Source of the DNA: Stenoxybacter acetivorans DSM 19021
GTDB lineage: Bacteria > Pseudomonadota > Gammaproteobacteria > Burkholderiales > Neisseriaceae
Direction of reading: 5' to 3'
Assembly: GCF_000745895.1 (NCBI RefSeq)
Contig: NZ_KN050773.1
Span: 4,392-68,391 of the forward strand
Length of the DNA stretch: 64,000 nucleotides
Below are positions 39,936 through 50,781 of the stretch, in pieces. Position 1 is the first letter of the stretch; each line of letters begins with the position of its first letter. The notes beneath the pieces were generated by a model. That model did no database searches, had not been told where the DNA came from, and worked only from the letters and a program-made list of their open reading frames with translations. A program made the translations under genes and the position numbers.

Positions 39936-40943
39936 TCAATGAATCACATAACCGCGCAAATAGTTAATGCGTTGGTTGGTTAATTGTGTTTCACAATTCA
40001 ATTGTGCCAATTCTGCTTCACTGCCGGATTTTGCTTGTGCGGCGGCACGGCATTGCTTTTCTTTCTGGGCAACCCATTGCTCTTGATCACCAGTCAGCTC
40101 GTTGCGAATGCTTCCGTCCATATCCCGCCACAAACGATTAATTTCGGCTGTCGCATTGCGGCTATTGCTTTGTGCCTGCAATAAATCATCGGCAGATACT
40201 GTTGCAACAGCATTGGGCGGCAATACCGCACCACCGTTTAGAATGGCACTGGCCATTTGTGCATCAGCATTGGCACTGGCTTCAGATGCACTTACCGGTA
40301 TTTCCGGAATTGATTGCAAGTTATTGACATTCTTCAGCGCATCGGCACGGTTAATTACTTTTCCGTTTATGGTCAGTAAATCTTTCACGCCATAAGGCAG
40401 CAATGCAGTGCTTAAAATTTGACTGAGCGCATTGATGCCCTGCCCTGTGATTTCCGGTGCACTCGCTGCTGCTTCCGCCGCAGGCATATAACTTAAAGGC
40501 TGGCTGAAAACATCGGCATTCCAGCTGACACCGCTGCCGTTTACCTGTTGATTTAAAATATCAGTAAATGTTCTTGGTGCGGGAAAAACCAAAGGCGCGT
40601 TACTTTGTGCGGTTTGCCACACAGTGTTTGGCACAGATACTTTTAAGGCTGCTTTACACATTGTTGTTGGCGTGCTGTTGTCCACCGCAACATCATCAAC
40701 ATTAACCAACAACTGGCTGGCAGCGGCAATAATTTTATCGGCATCAATAAAGCCGCGTGAATCAGTGGCAATGTATTGACGTGCTGATTCTGTAATATTT
40801 TTCTGCAATTGCTGCTGGATACTGGGTGTGATTAAAGCCGTATTACAGGCAGCCACATCTATTTTTGCCGACTGCTTCTCGCCGCCGCACGCACCAAGCA
40901 AACCCACAGCAACCACTCCGATAAATCCAAAACGGTATTTCAT
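39936..40943 (-). CDS. lipoprotein with C-terminal DUF1311 (LprI-like) domain
   Basis: LLGACGG lipobox; the C-terminus QEQWVAQKEKQCRAAA...NCETQLTNQRINYLRGY resembles DUF1311. Confidence 0.55.
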   Translation of the reverse strand: MKYRFGFIGVVAVGLLGACGGEKQSAKIDVAACNTALITPSIQQQLQKNITESARQYIATDSRGFIDADKIIAAASQLLVNVDDVAVDNSTPTTMCKAALKVSVPNTVWQTAQSNAPLVFPAPRTFTDILNQQVNGSGVSWNADVFSQPLSYMPAAEAAASAPEITGQGINALSQILSTALLPYGVKDLLTINGKVINRADALKNVNNLQSIPEIPVSASEASANADAQMASAILNGGAVLPPNAVATVSADDLLQAQSNSRNATAEINRLWRDMDGSIRNELTGDQEQWVAQKEKQCRAAAQAKSGSEAELAQLNCETQLTNQRINYLRGYVIH

Positions 40944-40971
40944 CGTTAATCCTCCAAAAACACACAAATCA

Positions 40972-41682
40972 TTAAATTTGAATCAAGGCTTCCACCATAT
41001 CAGCAGAACGCCGCCCCGCCGTTTCCAAAAAAGCATCAAAACTCATCTCTGCTTTTTCATCGGCGGAATCAGAAACCGCACGCACCACCACAAATGGAGT
41101 CTCCATTTGATAACAGGTTTGCGCAATGGCAGCGGCTTCCATTTCCACTGCCAGCACATCAATAAAATCTTCCTTAATGGCTTGAACTTTTCGGGCATCA
41201 TGAATAAATTGATCACCGCTCACGATTAAACCGTGATGCACTGTCGCACCAGTGAATTTTTCAGCGGCTTTTCCTGCTTTATCAACCCATTCAGTAGCAG
41301 ATTCAAACCGAGCAGGCAATTGCGGTATTTGCCCTTTATTGTAGCCGAAAGCACAAACATCAACATCATGATGAGCGGTTTCTGCGCCAATGACCACATC
41401 ACCCACGCGCATACCTGTTCCCAAGCCGCCGGCACTTCCTGTGTTGATAATGGCCGAAGGAGAAAACCGTTCAATCAGCAATGCCGCAGTAATAGCAGCA
41501 TTGACTTTACCAATACCGCTTAATGCCAGCACCACCAATTTCCCTGCCAAACAACCTTGGTAAAACACAAAAGCACCGATTTCAATGTATTGCTTATCAA
41601 CCAATCGTTCGATTAAGGCATTCAATTCAGGAGGCATGGCGGCAATAATGCCGATTGGGGCTCGTTCACTCATATCAATCAA
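40972..41682 (-). CDS. mtnN: 5'-methylthioadenosine/S-adenosylhomocysteine nucleosidase
   Basis: IGIIAAMPPEL, SGIGKVNAA and VEMEAAAIA motifs. Confidence 0.85.
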   Translation of the reverse strand: MIDMSERAPIGIIAAMPPELNALIERLVDKQYIEIGAFVFYQGCLAGKLVVLALSGIGKVNAAITAALLIERFSPSAIINTGSAGGLGTGMRVGDVVIGAETAHHDVDVCAFGYNKGQIPQLPARFESATEWVDKAGKAAEKFTGATVHHGLIVSGDQFIHDARKVQAIKEDFIDVLAVEMEAAAIAQTCYQMETPFVVVRAVSDSADEKAEMSFDAFLETAGRRSADMVEALIQI

Positions 41683-41787
41683 TAAAACAGACAGAAAATC
41701 TTATGAATAATACAGACAAAAAACACCCGTGTCTGATGAATTCAGGCGCAGGTGTTTTTGTTTTACTTACTCTTTCGTTTACTTTAC

Positions 41788-43284
41788 TTATTTCTGCATT
41801 CTTTGGAAAGCTTCATCGGCTTCTTCAAAACGTTTTTCAATGCCTTGGGCGGGTTTAGTCAGCAAAGACACCACCACAATGGCAATGGCACACGCAATAA
41901 ACCCAGGGACAATTTCATACAAGCTGCTGCCGGTGATCGGCTTCCAAAACACCACAACCAAAGCGCCCAGCAACATACCGGCCAAGGCACCGGCGGCAGT
42001 CATGCGTTTCCAGAATACCGAAAAAATGACTACAGGGCCAAATGCGGCACCAAAACCCGCCCAAGCATACTCCACTAAAACCAACACACGGCTTTTGGGA
42101 TCTGACGCAATCAAAATGGCAACCACAGCCACGGCAAGCACCATAAAACGACCAATCCAAACCAATTCGCTTTGCTCCGCATTCGGGCGCAGAAAGCCTT
42201 TATAAAAGTCTTCGGTGATCGCACTGGAACACACCAGCAATTGGCAGCTTAATGTGGACATCACCGCTGCCAAAATGGCAGATAAAATCACACCGGCAAT
42301 CCAAGGATTGAACAGCAAAGTTGCCAAGGCAATGAAAATACGTTCAGGGTCACCGCCCAACATATTGATTTGATTTTGATAATGTCCAAAATAAGCAATG
42401 CCGTAATAGCCAACGGCAACCGCACCTGCCAAACACAAAATCATCCATGTCATACCAATACGGCGTGCTTTTTTCAAAGATTGGACTGAACTGGACGCCA
42501 TAAACCGCGCCAAGATATGCGGCTGTCCAAAATAACCCAAGCCCCAAGCCGCGGCACTCACCACACCAACAAAGCTCGTGCCATAAATCAGATTGCTGTA
42601 TTCTTTACCAGCTGTAGCTGCTGCGGCTTGAATCGCCGTATTCACTTCATCTGCACCGCCCACCGCCAGATACACCATAATCGGCGTTAAAATCAAGGCA
42701 AAAAACATTAAGGTTGCCTGAAGCGTATCCGTCCAGCTGACTGCCAAAAAGCCGCCGATAAAGGTGTAAATAATGGTTGCGCCCGCACCCAGCCACATGG
42801 CAGTAACATAATCCACTGCAAACAGGCTTTGAAACAAACGCGCACCCGCCACAATGCCTGAAGCACAATAAATAGTGAAGAAAAACAGAATAATCGCAGC
42901 AGATACCACTTTAATCAAAATACCGTATTGCCCGAAGCGGTGGAAAAAATATTCCGGCAAAGTCAAGGCATTGTTGTTGTATTCGGTATGAACACGCAAA
43001 CGTCCCGCCACCAGCAGCCAGTTGAAATACGCACCCACTATCAAGCCAATGGCAATCCACGCTTTGCTCAAGCCGTAAACATAAATCGCACCGGGCAAGC
43101 CCAGCAACAACCAGCCCGACATATCTGATGCACCGGCAGACATTGCCGTTACAAAACTGCCCAAGCTGCGTCCGCCCAGTATGTAGTCGTCAAAATTTTT
43201 GGTAGCAAAATACGCCGCCAATCCAATTAAAATCACCGCAATAATGTAAATACTGAATGTGATGTGTATGGGATTAAAACTCAT
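41788..43284 (-). CDS. putP: sodium/proline symporter (SSS family)
   Basis: 498 aa, 13 TM, GGRSLG motif. Confidence 0.85.
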   Translation of the reverse strand: MSFNPIHITFSIYIIAVILIGLAAYFATKNFDDYILGGRSLGSFVTAMSAGASDMSGWLLLGLPGAIYVYGLSKAWIAIGLIVGAYFNWLLVAGRLRVHTEYNNNALTLPEYFFHRFGQYGILIKVVSAAIILFFFTIYCASGIVAGARLFQSLFAVDYVTAMWLGAGATIIYTFIGGFLAVSWTDTLQATLMFFALILTPIMVYLAVGGADEVNTAIQAAAATAGKEYSNLIYGTSFVGVVSAAAWGLGYFGQPHILARFMASSSVQSLKKARRIGMTWMILCLAGAVAVGYYGIAYFGHYQNQINMLGGDPERIFIALATLLFNPWIAGVILSAILAAVMSTLSCQLLVCSSAITEDFYKGFLRPNAEQSELVWIGRFMVLAVAVVAILIASDPKSRVLVLVEYAWAGFGAAFGPVVIFSVFWKRMTAAGALAGMLLGALVVVFWKPITGSSLYEIVPGFIACAIAIVVVSLLTKPAQGIEKRFEEADEAFQRMQK

Positions 43285-43575
43285 ATTTACTCCTTCAATC
43301 TAATTGTTGTTTGAGATGAGATAAGCTGTTTCAAATTCAATACCGCTTGAAAAATATGCCGTAGCCGAAGACCTTTTGATCGCTCATTCAGTTACCTGCA
43401 ATCTTTATACGCGCAACACAGCAATCCTCTGTACTTCAGCATGCAAACCCAAAAAACGGATTGCTGAACAAGCTATCTGTTGTTCTGTTCAAACGGCATC
43501 ACATGCGTTATAAAACACCGTCTGCAATTCAGAATTGATAATTCTAATCATTTCGCGCCAATAAGTAAAGGTCAG

Positions 43576-45339
43576 TTAAATAATGTTATTTTGCTCTTGC
43601 AATGCGGTACGCAAGCCGCTGCGCCGTATTGAATGCGTATTTAAGGCTGCCTGAAAAGTTTCAGGCAGCTCCAAAAACACAAAGCGCGATTTGGCACGGG
43701 TAATCGCCGTGTAAAGGAGTGCGCGACTGAATAAAGCCGTTTGATCCGATTCGGCATTGATTGCAGGATTCGGCGGTAATAAATACACGGTATCATATTC
43801 CGAACCTTGGCTCTTATGTACAGTAATGGCGAACGCATCTTCATGTTCAGGCAATCGGCTCAACGCAACACAGCGGCTGCCGCCGTCAAAATATGCCTGC
43901 AACACCCCTTTTTTATCGGGCAATACCACGCCGATGTCGCCGTTATACAAACCCACGCTGTAATCGTTTTGACTGACCATCAGCGGCAAGCCGGCAAACC
44001 ATGTTTTTTGTGCCGAATGTTCGTGCAAGCTCAAATAATCACGGTAGGCTTGGTTAAACGCCGTTGCGTCATCACGCCGCACAACCAACACCATGACTTG
44101 CTTCAAAGCCGCGAAGACTGCCGCAGGATTGTTTTGCCGAACCGCTTGCCAATAGTTTTGCTGTATTTGATACAAATCTGAATGGGTTTTTGCGCTCAAT
44201 ATTTGCCGCCAAACCAGTTCTTCAGGAAATTCAGAAAACGCCTGTGCCGCCGAGGTGATGTTTCCTTGGGTAACCGCTGATGCCAGCAAACCAATACCGC
44301 TTTCGGCATCAAAACGATGACTTTGGCTGAGCGTAACCACATTGGCACTTAACGGCGGCGTATGGTTTTCGGTGTCTATTTTTGCTTCAGGCAGCAAACG
44401 CCGCAATTGTTCCGCAGTTTGTCTCGGCAGTATCGTTTTTTGTGCCAAATCACGCACAACATCGCCCAATCCCACAGCGGGCAGTTGGTTGTGATCGCCA
44501 AGCAAAATCAATCGCGTACCCGTTTTCAAAGCATCAAGCAGCGTGTGCAGCAAAGACAAATCCAGCATGGACACTTCATCAACCACCACAATATCCGCAG
44601 ATAAAGAATTTTCTTGTGAATAAGGCGTCTGCAATAAAGGCGGACGCAGTTTCAGCAAACGGTGCAGCGTTTGCCCGCCTACTTGACGTAAATGGGTTTC
44701 AACACCTTCATCGGATGAAAAACGATTTAAGGCTACCTGAAAAGCATCAGCCATGTGCGCAGCGGCTTTACCTGTGGGTGCTGCCAGCACAATACGCGGC
44801 AATTTATTTTGTGTACGCAGCATGTTTTGGCACAGCAGCATCAGCAAACTCGCAACCGTGGTGGTTTTACCCGTACCCGGTCCGCCATTAATCAGCATCA
44901 GCGGCTGAATCAAAGCCAAAGCAACAGCGGTTTTTTGTGCCTCAGCCATGTGGTTGAAATGGTAATGCAGCTGCTCTGCCGCCCAATGCCAATCAATGAT
45001 TTTAGCTCCGTTACCTCGTGCCAAACGCAATAAATGAGCGGCAATCTGTTGCTCCAATTGCCACAAACGCCCGCTGAATAAGCGTTGTTTATCCAAGATA
45101 AACGGCTTAAATTCACTCGCATTGCCCACCAAAACAGGCATGTTTGCCAACACATTTACTTGCCTGCTTTGAAGCGGCAAATAAGTATGCCCTTCGTCCA
45201 TACCATAAAAAAGCTTATCGGCGAAGGGTTTTAACTTTTCCCAATCCGAAAACAGCTCATGCGGCATCGCCCGTGATACCGCATCAGTAATGAGATGTGA
45301 ATGGTTGTTTGTTCGAATTGAGGTGTGATCAGTTGGCAT
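43576..45339 (-). CDS. recD: exodeoxyribonuclease V alpha subunit RecD
   Basis: GGPGTGKTTT Walker A; helicase motifs; 587 aa. Confidence 0.8.
   Translation of the reverse strand: MPTDHTSIRTNNHSHLITDAVSRAMPHELFSDWEKLKPFADKLFYGMDEGHTYLPLQSRQVNVLANMPVLVGNASEFKPFILDKQRLFSGRLWQLEQQIAAHLLRLARGNGAKIIDWHWAAEQLHYHFNHMAEAQKTAVALALIQPLMLINGGPGTGKTTTVASLLMLLCQNMLRTQNKLPRIVLAAPTGKAAAHMADAFQVALNRFSSDEGVETHLRQVGGQTLHRLLKLRPPLLQTPYSQENSLSADIVVVDEVSMLDLSLLHTLLDALKTGTRLILLGDHNQLPAVGLGDVVRDLAQKTILPRQTAEQLRRLLPEAKIDTENHTPPLSANVVTLSQSHRFDAESGIGLLASAVTQGNITSAAQAFSEFPEELVWRQILSAKTHSDLYQIQQNYWQAVRQNNPAAVFAALKQVMVLVVRRDDATAFNQAYRDYLSLHEHSAQKTWFAGLPLMVSQNDYSVGLYNGDIGVVLPDKKGVLQAYFDGGSRCVALSRLPEHEDAFAITVHKSQGSEYDTVYLLPPNPAINAESDQTALFSRALLYTAITRAKSRFVFLELPETFQAALNTHSIRRSGLRTALQEQNNII
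43635..43660. repeat. inverted DUS pair inside the 3' end of recD
   Basis: aggctgcctgaa-aagt-ttcaggcagct. Confidence 0.85.
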
Positions 45340-45394
45340 AACGATAAAAATTTACTTTCAGCAAATACGGTAGATATTCAGGCAGCCTGATTAC

Positions 45395-46216
45395 TCAAAA
45401 CCGACGGCGTAATTTGGTTGCCTGTATCACATACGCCGCCAATTCTTCCACAGATTTATGTGTGGTGTTGGTAAACGGAATATTGTGCTGCCTGAACATT
45501 GATTCTGCCTCATTCACTTCTTGGCAACAATTATCAATACTGGCGTAACGTGAATTCGGGCGGCGTTCACTGCGAATATGGTGTAATCGCTCGGATTCAA
45601 TGGTTAAGCCAAAAATTTTATGACGAAACGGCTTGAGCATGCGCGGTAAATCCGTACTGTCCAAGTCTTCAGGCGTCAGCGGATAATTGGCAGCAAAAAT
45701 ACCGTATTGAAGTGCCAGATACAAACAAGTGGGCGTTTTGCCGCTGCGCGATACACCCATCAAAATCACATCGGCTTTCTGTAAATCTTTATCACTGACA
45801 CCATCATCGTGGCTCAAAGAAAAATTGATGGCTTCCATGCGTGCATCATAACGCTCAGTGTCTTGAATACCGTGCGTTCTGCCCACAGAATGATTGGCTT
45901 CAGCGTGCAGCTCTTTTTCCAATTCACCGATAAACGCATCATAAAAGCTCAAATGTAAACCCGATGCCACTTTCACAATCCGGCGAATATTTTCATCAAC
46001 AATACTGGCAAAAATCAGCGGACGAACATGCCCTGTTTCGGCAACATGGTTGATTTGCGCCACCACATCTTCAGCTTTTTGCACAGTATCCACAAACGGA
46101 CACGTAATTTGTCTGAACTCAATACCGTCAAACTGATTTAACAAAGCCGACCCCATACTTTCGGCAGTAATACCGGTGCGATCAGACACAAAAAAAACAT
46201 GACGAACAGAAGCCAT
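45395..46216 (-). CDS. ppsR: PEP synthetase regulatory protein (PSRP, DUF299 kinase/pyrophosphorylase)
   Basis: [13 protein letters not shown] and GVSRSGKTP motifs. Confidence 0.8.
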   Translation of the reverse strand: MASVRHVFFVSDRTGITAESMGSALLNQFDGIEFRQITCPFVDTVQKAEDVVAQINHVAETGHVRPLIFASIVDENIRRIVKVASGLHLSFYDAFIGELEKELHAEANHSVGRTHGIQDTERYDARMEAINFSLSHDDGVSDKDLQKADVILMGVSRSGKTPTCLYLALQYGIFAANYPLTPEDLDSTDLPRMLKPFRHKIFGLTIESERLHHIRSERRPNSRYASIDNCCQEVNEAESMFRQHNIPFTNTTHKSVEELAAYVIQATKLRRRF

Positions 46217-46475
46217 TTCACTACCCTTTCCTTGGTAATCAATCAATTATCTTTAATATCAAATTTTCAATAAAACAAAAAATGCCAAACAAACGACACT
46301 TTAAATCAGGGCATCAACAAGAAACAAGCTTCACTTGCGTTTTACACGGCAAGCAAGGAGTTTTACGTTTATAAAACCCCGCATTACATCTGCCGGCAAT
46401 AGAATAACCGTAGCAAATGAATATCATTTGCTTTCATACATAATTAGTAGATAATTAAATAAGGAGTAGTTATAG

Positions 46476-46775
46476 ATGAAATCTTTACATCTTTCATTGA
46501 TCAGTGCTTTTGCTCTTTCTTGCACTTCTCTCATCGCCCAAGCTCAAGTTGTTTCGCCTCGCCAAGACATGACTGTAAAACAGGACATGACTATGGAACA
46601 AAACATGCCGATGAAGCAGGATATGACTGCAAAACAGGGCATGCCGACGAAACAGGACATGACTATGGAACAAGACGTACCGATGAAACAGGACATGACT
46701 GTGAAACAAGACATGCCCATGAAACAGGATATGCGCTCGAAACAAAACGCACCCATGAAAGTTGAGCCGCTCTAA
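46476..46775 (+). CDS. secreted Met-rich repeat protein (11 x QDMxxK hexapeptide)
   Basis: Signal peptide, then an 18-nt tandem coding repeat with multiple MxM motifs. Confidence 0.6.
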   Translation: MKSLHLSLISAFALSCTSLIAQAQVVSPRQDMTVKQDMTMEQNMPMKQDMTAKQGMPTKQDMTMEQDVPMKQDMTVKQDMPMKQDMRSKQNAPMKVEPL

Positions 46776-46866
46776 ACACAATAACTTTCCACATGACACA
46801 CAATCGGAAAAATAATCAATATCTTATACTTCATCTACTTGGATGAATGTAGGCAATAGATTAAAA

Positions 46867-46890
46867 AAGGTGGTTTCCCCACCTTTTTTA
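46867..46890 (+). terminator. rho-independent terminator
   Basis: aaggtggtttccccacctt followed by tttta. Confidence 0.7.
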
Positions 46891-47211
46891 TATTTGTGAT
46901 CATATAAAAAAGATGCGCATTGATACCACACTAAGCACAAACTACACACTGCTCCCCCACTACAGAATTTGACTGAGTTCATAAACATCACAGAATGCGA
47001 TATTCCTAATCTCCGCAACATAAACGTTTTGTAAAATAAACGCTTTGTAAAAACACAACACAACACAAATCCAAATTCCGTATGCGTTTTACACAGCAAG
47101 CAGGAAGTTTTACGTTTATACCCCCCGCATTACGTCTGCCTGTAATATAATTAATAGTTGTAAATCAATACCATTGTTATTTTTCTGAAACAATCAAAGG
47201 AGTAATTACTT

Positions 47212-47811
47212 ATGAAATCTTTTCGTCATGTTTTACTGATCAGTGCCGCCGCACTTTCTTTCACCTCACTGACGGTTCAAGCCGCACCGCCTCATGGTCT
47301 GCTATTCCTCGAAAACATCAATTTGAGTAGCAGTCAAAAAACACAAATTCAACAAATTCGCGAACAATACCGTCAGAGTACCGAAAAACGCGAAAGTGCG
47401 AAAAATCAACAGCAGCAATTATCTGAACAAAAAGATGATTTGTTAAAAGACAAAACTTTTAATGAGCCTAAAGCACGCACCTTGGTCCAAGCAATAAATC
47501 AACAGCGCGATGCCATAGAATTGCAGCGATTGAAACAAGAACACGCTATTTTCCAAGTATTAACGCCGCAACAGCAGCAAACTTATTTCAATCAAAAACA
47601 AGATATGATGAAGACTGCCAAACGACCCCTTGATCAAACTGCCAAACAACCCCTTGATCAAACTGCCAAACAACCCCTTGATCAAACTGCCAAGCAACCT
47701 CTTGATCAAACTGCCAAACAGCCCCTTGATCAAAAAGTCAAAGCCACTGGAGAAATTAAAAATCAACGCAATAAAACCAAGAAAACTAACCCAATTCAAC
47801 AAAATAATTGA
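47212..47811 (+). CDS. Spy/CpxP/ZraP-family (LTxxQ motif) periplasmic protein with C-terminal 6 x TAKQPLDQ repeats
   Basis: Signal peptide; two LTxxQ-like motifs (LSSSQKTQI and LTPQQQQTYF); 24-nt tandem repeat at 47626-47745. Confidence 0.6.
   Translation: MKSFRHVLLISAAALSFTSLTVQAAPPHGLLFLENINLSSSQKTQIQQIREQYRQSTEKRESAKNQQQQLSEQKDDLLKDKTFNEPKARTLVQAINQQRDAIELQRLKQEHAIFQVLTPQQQQTYFNQKQDMMKTAKRPLDQTAKQPLDQTAKQPLDQTAKQPLDQTAKQPLDQKVKATGEIKNQRNKTKKTNPIQQNN
47626..47745 (+). repeat. 24-bp coding tandem repeat (caaactgccaaacaaccccttgat, ~5-6 copies)
   Basis: seen directly; encodes TAKQPLDQ repeats. Confidence 0.85.
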
Positions 47812-47855
47812 CATTGTGTATTTCACCTGAAAAGTGACACATGCCATTCAAATTA

Positions 47856-47883
47856 AAAAGGGCGGGTTCTCCGCCCTTTTTTG
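47856..47883 (+). terminator. rho-independent terminator
   Basis: aaaagggcgggttctccgcccttttttg. Confidence 0.7.
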
Positions 47884-48009
47884 TATCCAATTAACCGCAG
47901 CAAAAACAGCAGTAAATGATTGTCTGCTCAAATACCGTATAATCAGCCACTTCACTGCACGATATTTTTATTTGACTTAAAATTGCCATCAATCAAAAAA
48001 ACATCAAAT

Positions 48010-48993
48010 ATGCACCTCAATCTTGTCCTGCCCCGCTTTTTTTGGCAATACCCAAAAATTTCCTTACCCGAAATCCCGCTGACGGGCTTAAACACTTTAC
48101 GACGTTTCGGCACATGGCAAAACAAATATGCTTTAAACAGCGCGTTTTATGCACATTTTTTGTGCCGCCGGTCTTTGCTCCGCCACATCAAAACCGAATT
48201 CAGGCTGCCTGAAGATAAGCCCGCACTTTTGTGCAGCCCTTTACACCAGCAGGCAGGAATGCATCATGTGCAATATTTGAGCGGCAAGTCTTTACACATC
48301 AGCTTGTATGAAGCACAAGTGATTTGTGCCGGCTTCAGCAACTGGTTCAACAAAGACGGCTGGCAATTATTGCCCTACCGCGCTGACTTATGGCTGCTCA
48401 CCCTGCCGAAAACTTTGGACTTTCATGTGCCCTCACTCTTGGATTTAGACGGTTTTTTGGACGGACACAGCAAACCTTGCGGTGAAGATGCCAAAATAAT
48501 ATTGCGTTTACAAACCGAAATACAAATGTGGCTGCATCAACAGCCGTTTAATCAAACACGTCAAGAAAATGGGCTGCATGAAATCAATGGCATCTGGTTT
48601 GAGCATGATTTATGCGGTGATGCTGACAACAGTATCTTATATGCCGACAATCAATGGTCGAACAAACCGCTGCAAAGCCCACCCGCCTCATGGCAAGATT
48701 TACATCACAAGCTGCCTGAAAACGGAGGCGATGTGCATACATTTTTCAGTGAAATTTTCAGTGAATCGGTTCTTTCGGCAAATGCGCAGATCTATATTGA
48801 ACAGCTGCATAAATGGGATAAAAATTGGTTTGTTCCTTGTCTCGATGCGTTGAAAAACGGAAATCTGGATACATTACAGCTGCATCTTTCCGGTGAACAC
48901 GGCGGTTGTTTAACCGTGCGCAAACCCGGTTTATTGACTTCATTTTTTCACAAACGGCACAAAATGCCGCGCTTTAATGGGGTATGGCAATGA
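48010..48993 (+). CDS. conserved hypothetical protein, overlaps recJ start
   Basis: Long ORF, codon usage consistent with host, no motif recognised; start chosen at the ATG at 48010. Confidence 0.45.
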   Translation: MHLNLVLPRFFWQYPKISLPEIPLTGLNTLRRFGTWQNKYALNSAFYAHFLCRRSLLRHIKTEFRLPEDKPALLCSPLHQQAGMHHVQYLSGKSLHISLYEAQVICAGFSNWFNKDGWQLLPYRADLWLLTLPKTLDFHVPSLLDLDGFLDGHSKPCGEDAKIILRLQTEIQMWLHQQPFNQTRQENGLHEINGIWFEHDLCGDADNSILYADNQWSNKPLQSPPASWQDLHHKLPENGGDVHTFFSEIFSESVLSANAQIYIEQLHKWDKNWFVPCLDALKNGNLDTLQLHLSGEHGGCLTVRKPGLLTSFFHKRHKMPRFNGVWQ

Positions 48994-50684
48994 GCGCACA
49001 AATTTTTTGCCGCACATTTAATCAAGACGTGTACCAAACCCTGCTGGCAAGCGGCATTGCACCCTTGCAAGCACGGCTCTATGCGGCGCGGCAAGTCAAA
49101 AATGCCGATGAAACCCAAGACAACCTTAAAACCTTGCTGCCGTTTGACGGCTTAAAAAACATCAACACACTCTGCACCCGCTTGGCTGCCGCTATCCGTT
49201 TGCAAGAACGAATTGTGATTGTTGCCGACTACGATGCCGATGGTGCCACTGCCTGTGCCTTGGGCGTAAAAGGCTTGCGCAGTATGGGCGGCGTGGTTGA
49301 TTTTCTCGTTCCCAACCGTTTTGAACACGGCTATGGTCTGTCGCCCGCGCTGGCACAGCTTGCCGCCGATGCCGGTGCTCAAGTGCTGCTGACCGTGGAC
49401 AACGGCATTGCTGCCTTGGCAGGCGTTGAGCGGGCGCAGCAATTGGGTATCGATGTTTTGATAACCGATCACCATTTACCCGGTGATACGCTGCCCGATT
49501 GCGTGATTGTTAATCCTAATCAGCCTGATGATGCTTTCGCCAGCAAGGCTTTAGCCGGTGTGGGCGTGATGTTTTATGTGTTATGCGCCCTGCGCCGTCT
49601 GTTGCGTGAACAAAATCATTTTAATCACAGGCTGCCTGAACCCGTTATGGCTCAATGGCTGGACTTAGTCGCACTGGGTACGGTTGCTGACGTGGTAACG
49701 CTGGATCACAATAACCGTATCTTAGTGGCACAAGGTTTGAAACGCATACGCAGCGGAAAAATGTGCATCGGTATCCGTGCCCTTTTTCATATTGCCAAAC
49801 GCGATTGGCGAAAAGCCGCTTGTTTTGATTTGGGCTTTGCCGTTGCACCTCGCTTAAATGCTGCCGGACGCTTAGATGACATGAGCTTGGGCATCGCCTG
49901 CTTGCTGGCGGAAACCGAAACACAAGCAAACGCATTGGCGGCTCAGTTAGACAATCTGAACCGCGAACGCCGCCAAATCGAACACGGTATGCTGGATGAA
50001 GCCTTAATGGGTTTAAACGACATCAACATTGATCAACGCTACAGTGCAGTGGTGTATCGGAATGACTGGCATCAAGGCGTGATTGGCATTGTTGCCGGCC
50101 GTTTGCGCGAACGTTTTAACCGCCCCGCCATTGTTTTTGCACCTGCCGACAACGATAAATTACGCGGTTCCGGTCGTTCCATTGCCGCTTTACATTTACG
50201 CGATGCACTTGATTTGGTCAGCAAACGTGAACCCGATTTAATCATTCAATTCGGCGGACATGCCGCCGCCGCGGGTTTAACCATTTCCCAAGCCAATTTC
50301 CCACGTTTTCAGGCAGCCTTTGAAGCCGTTTGCCAAGAGTATCTGCAACCAGAAGACTTAAACCAGCATTACCTCACCGACGGCACACTCAACGCCGATG
50401 AATTAACCCTGCAACACGCCCGAGAATTGGGTGCGGCAGTGTGGGGGCAAGGCTTTGCGCCACCCTGTTTTCATGACAACTTTGAAGTGCGGTGGCAAAA
50501 AGCTGTGGGCAGCGGGCATTTAAAAGCCGGTTTATGTAAAGACGGAAAAATATTTGAAGCCATGTTTTTCCGCTGCACTGATATTTTGCCCGACAGCATT
50601 CGCGCCGTGTACCGTCCGATTGCCAATGAGTGGCAGCAGCAGCAAGAATTGCAATTGTATGTGGACTATTGGGAAGTGGCTTAG
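48984..50684 (+). CDS. recJ: single-stranded-DNA-specific exonuclease RecJ
   Basis: DHH motifs (VADYDADG, ITDHH) and DHHA1. Confidence 0.9.
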   Translation: MAMSAQIFCRTFNQDVYQTLLASGIAPLQARLYAARQVKNADETQDNLKTLLPFDGLKNINTLCTRLAAAIRLQERIVIVADYDADGATACALGVKGLRSMGGVVDFLVPNRFEHGYGLSPALAQLAADAGAQVLLTVDNGIAALAGVERAQQLGIDVLITDHHLPGDTLPDCVIVNPNQPDDAFASKALAGVGVMFYVLCALRRLLREQNHFNHRLPEPVMAQWLDLVALGTVADVVTLDHNNRILVAQGLKRIRSGKMCIGIRALFHIAKRDWRKAACFDLGFAVAPRLNAAGRLDDMSLGIACLLAETETQANALAAQLDNLNRERRQIEHGMLDEALMGLNDINIDQRYSAVVYRNDWHQGVIGIVAGRLRERFNRPAIVFAPADNDKLRGSGRSIAALHLRDALDLVSKREPDLIIQFGGHAAAAGLTISQANFPRFQAAFEAVCQEYLQPEDLNQHYLTDGTLNADELTLQHARELGAAVWGQGFAPPCFHDNFEVRWQKAVGSGHLKAGLCKDGKIFEAMFFRCTDILPDSIRAVYRPIANEWQQQQELQLYVDYWEVA

Positions 50685-50781
50685 TTGATGCTAGTCAAAG
50701 CTCAATTTGTCTTATAATTATCACTTCAATTAATTATTGGCTTTCTGCCCGTTTCGGGTCTGACCATTTTGGAAAAACACC

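Noticed and set aside
46494-46799. Minus-strand 101-aa His/Phe-rich ORF and plus-strand frame-2 ORF 46520-46765
   Set aside because: These are alternative-frame translations of the 18-nt tandem repeat. The plus-strand frame-1 ORF has a signal peptide and an RBS and is the plausible gene.
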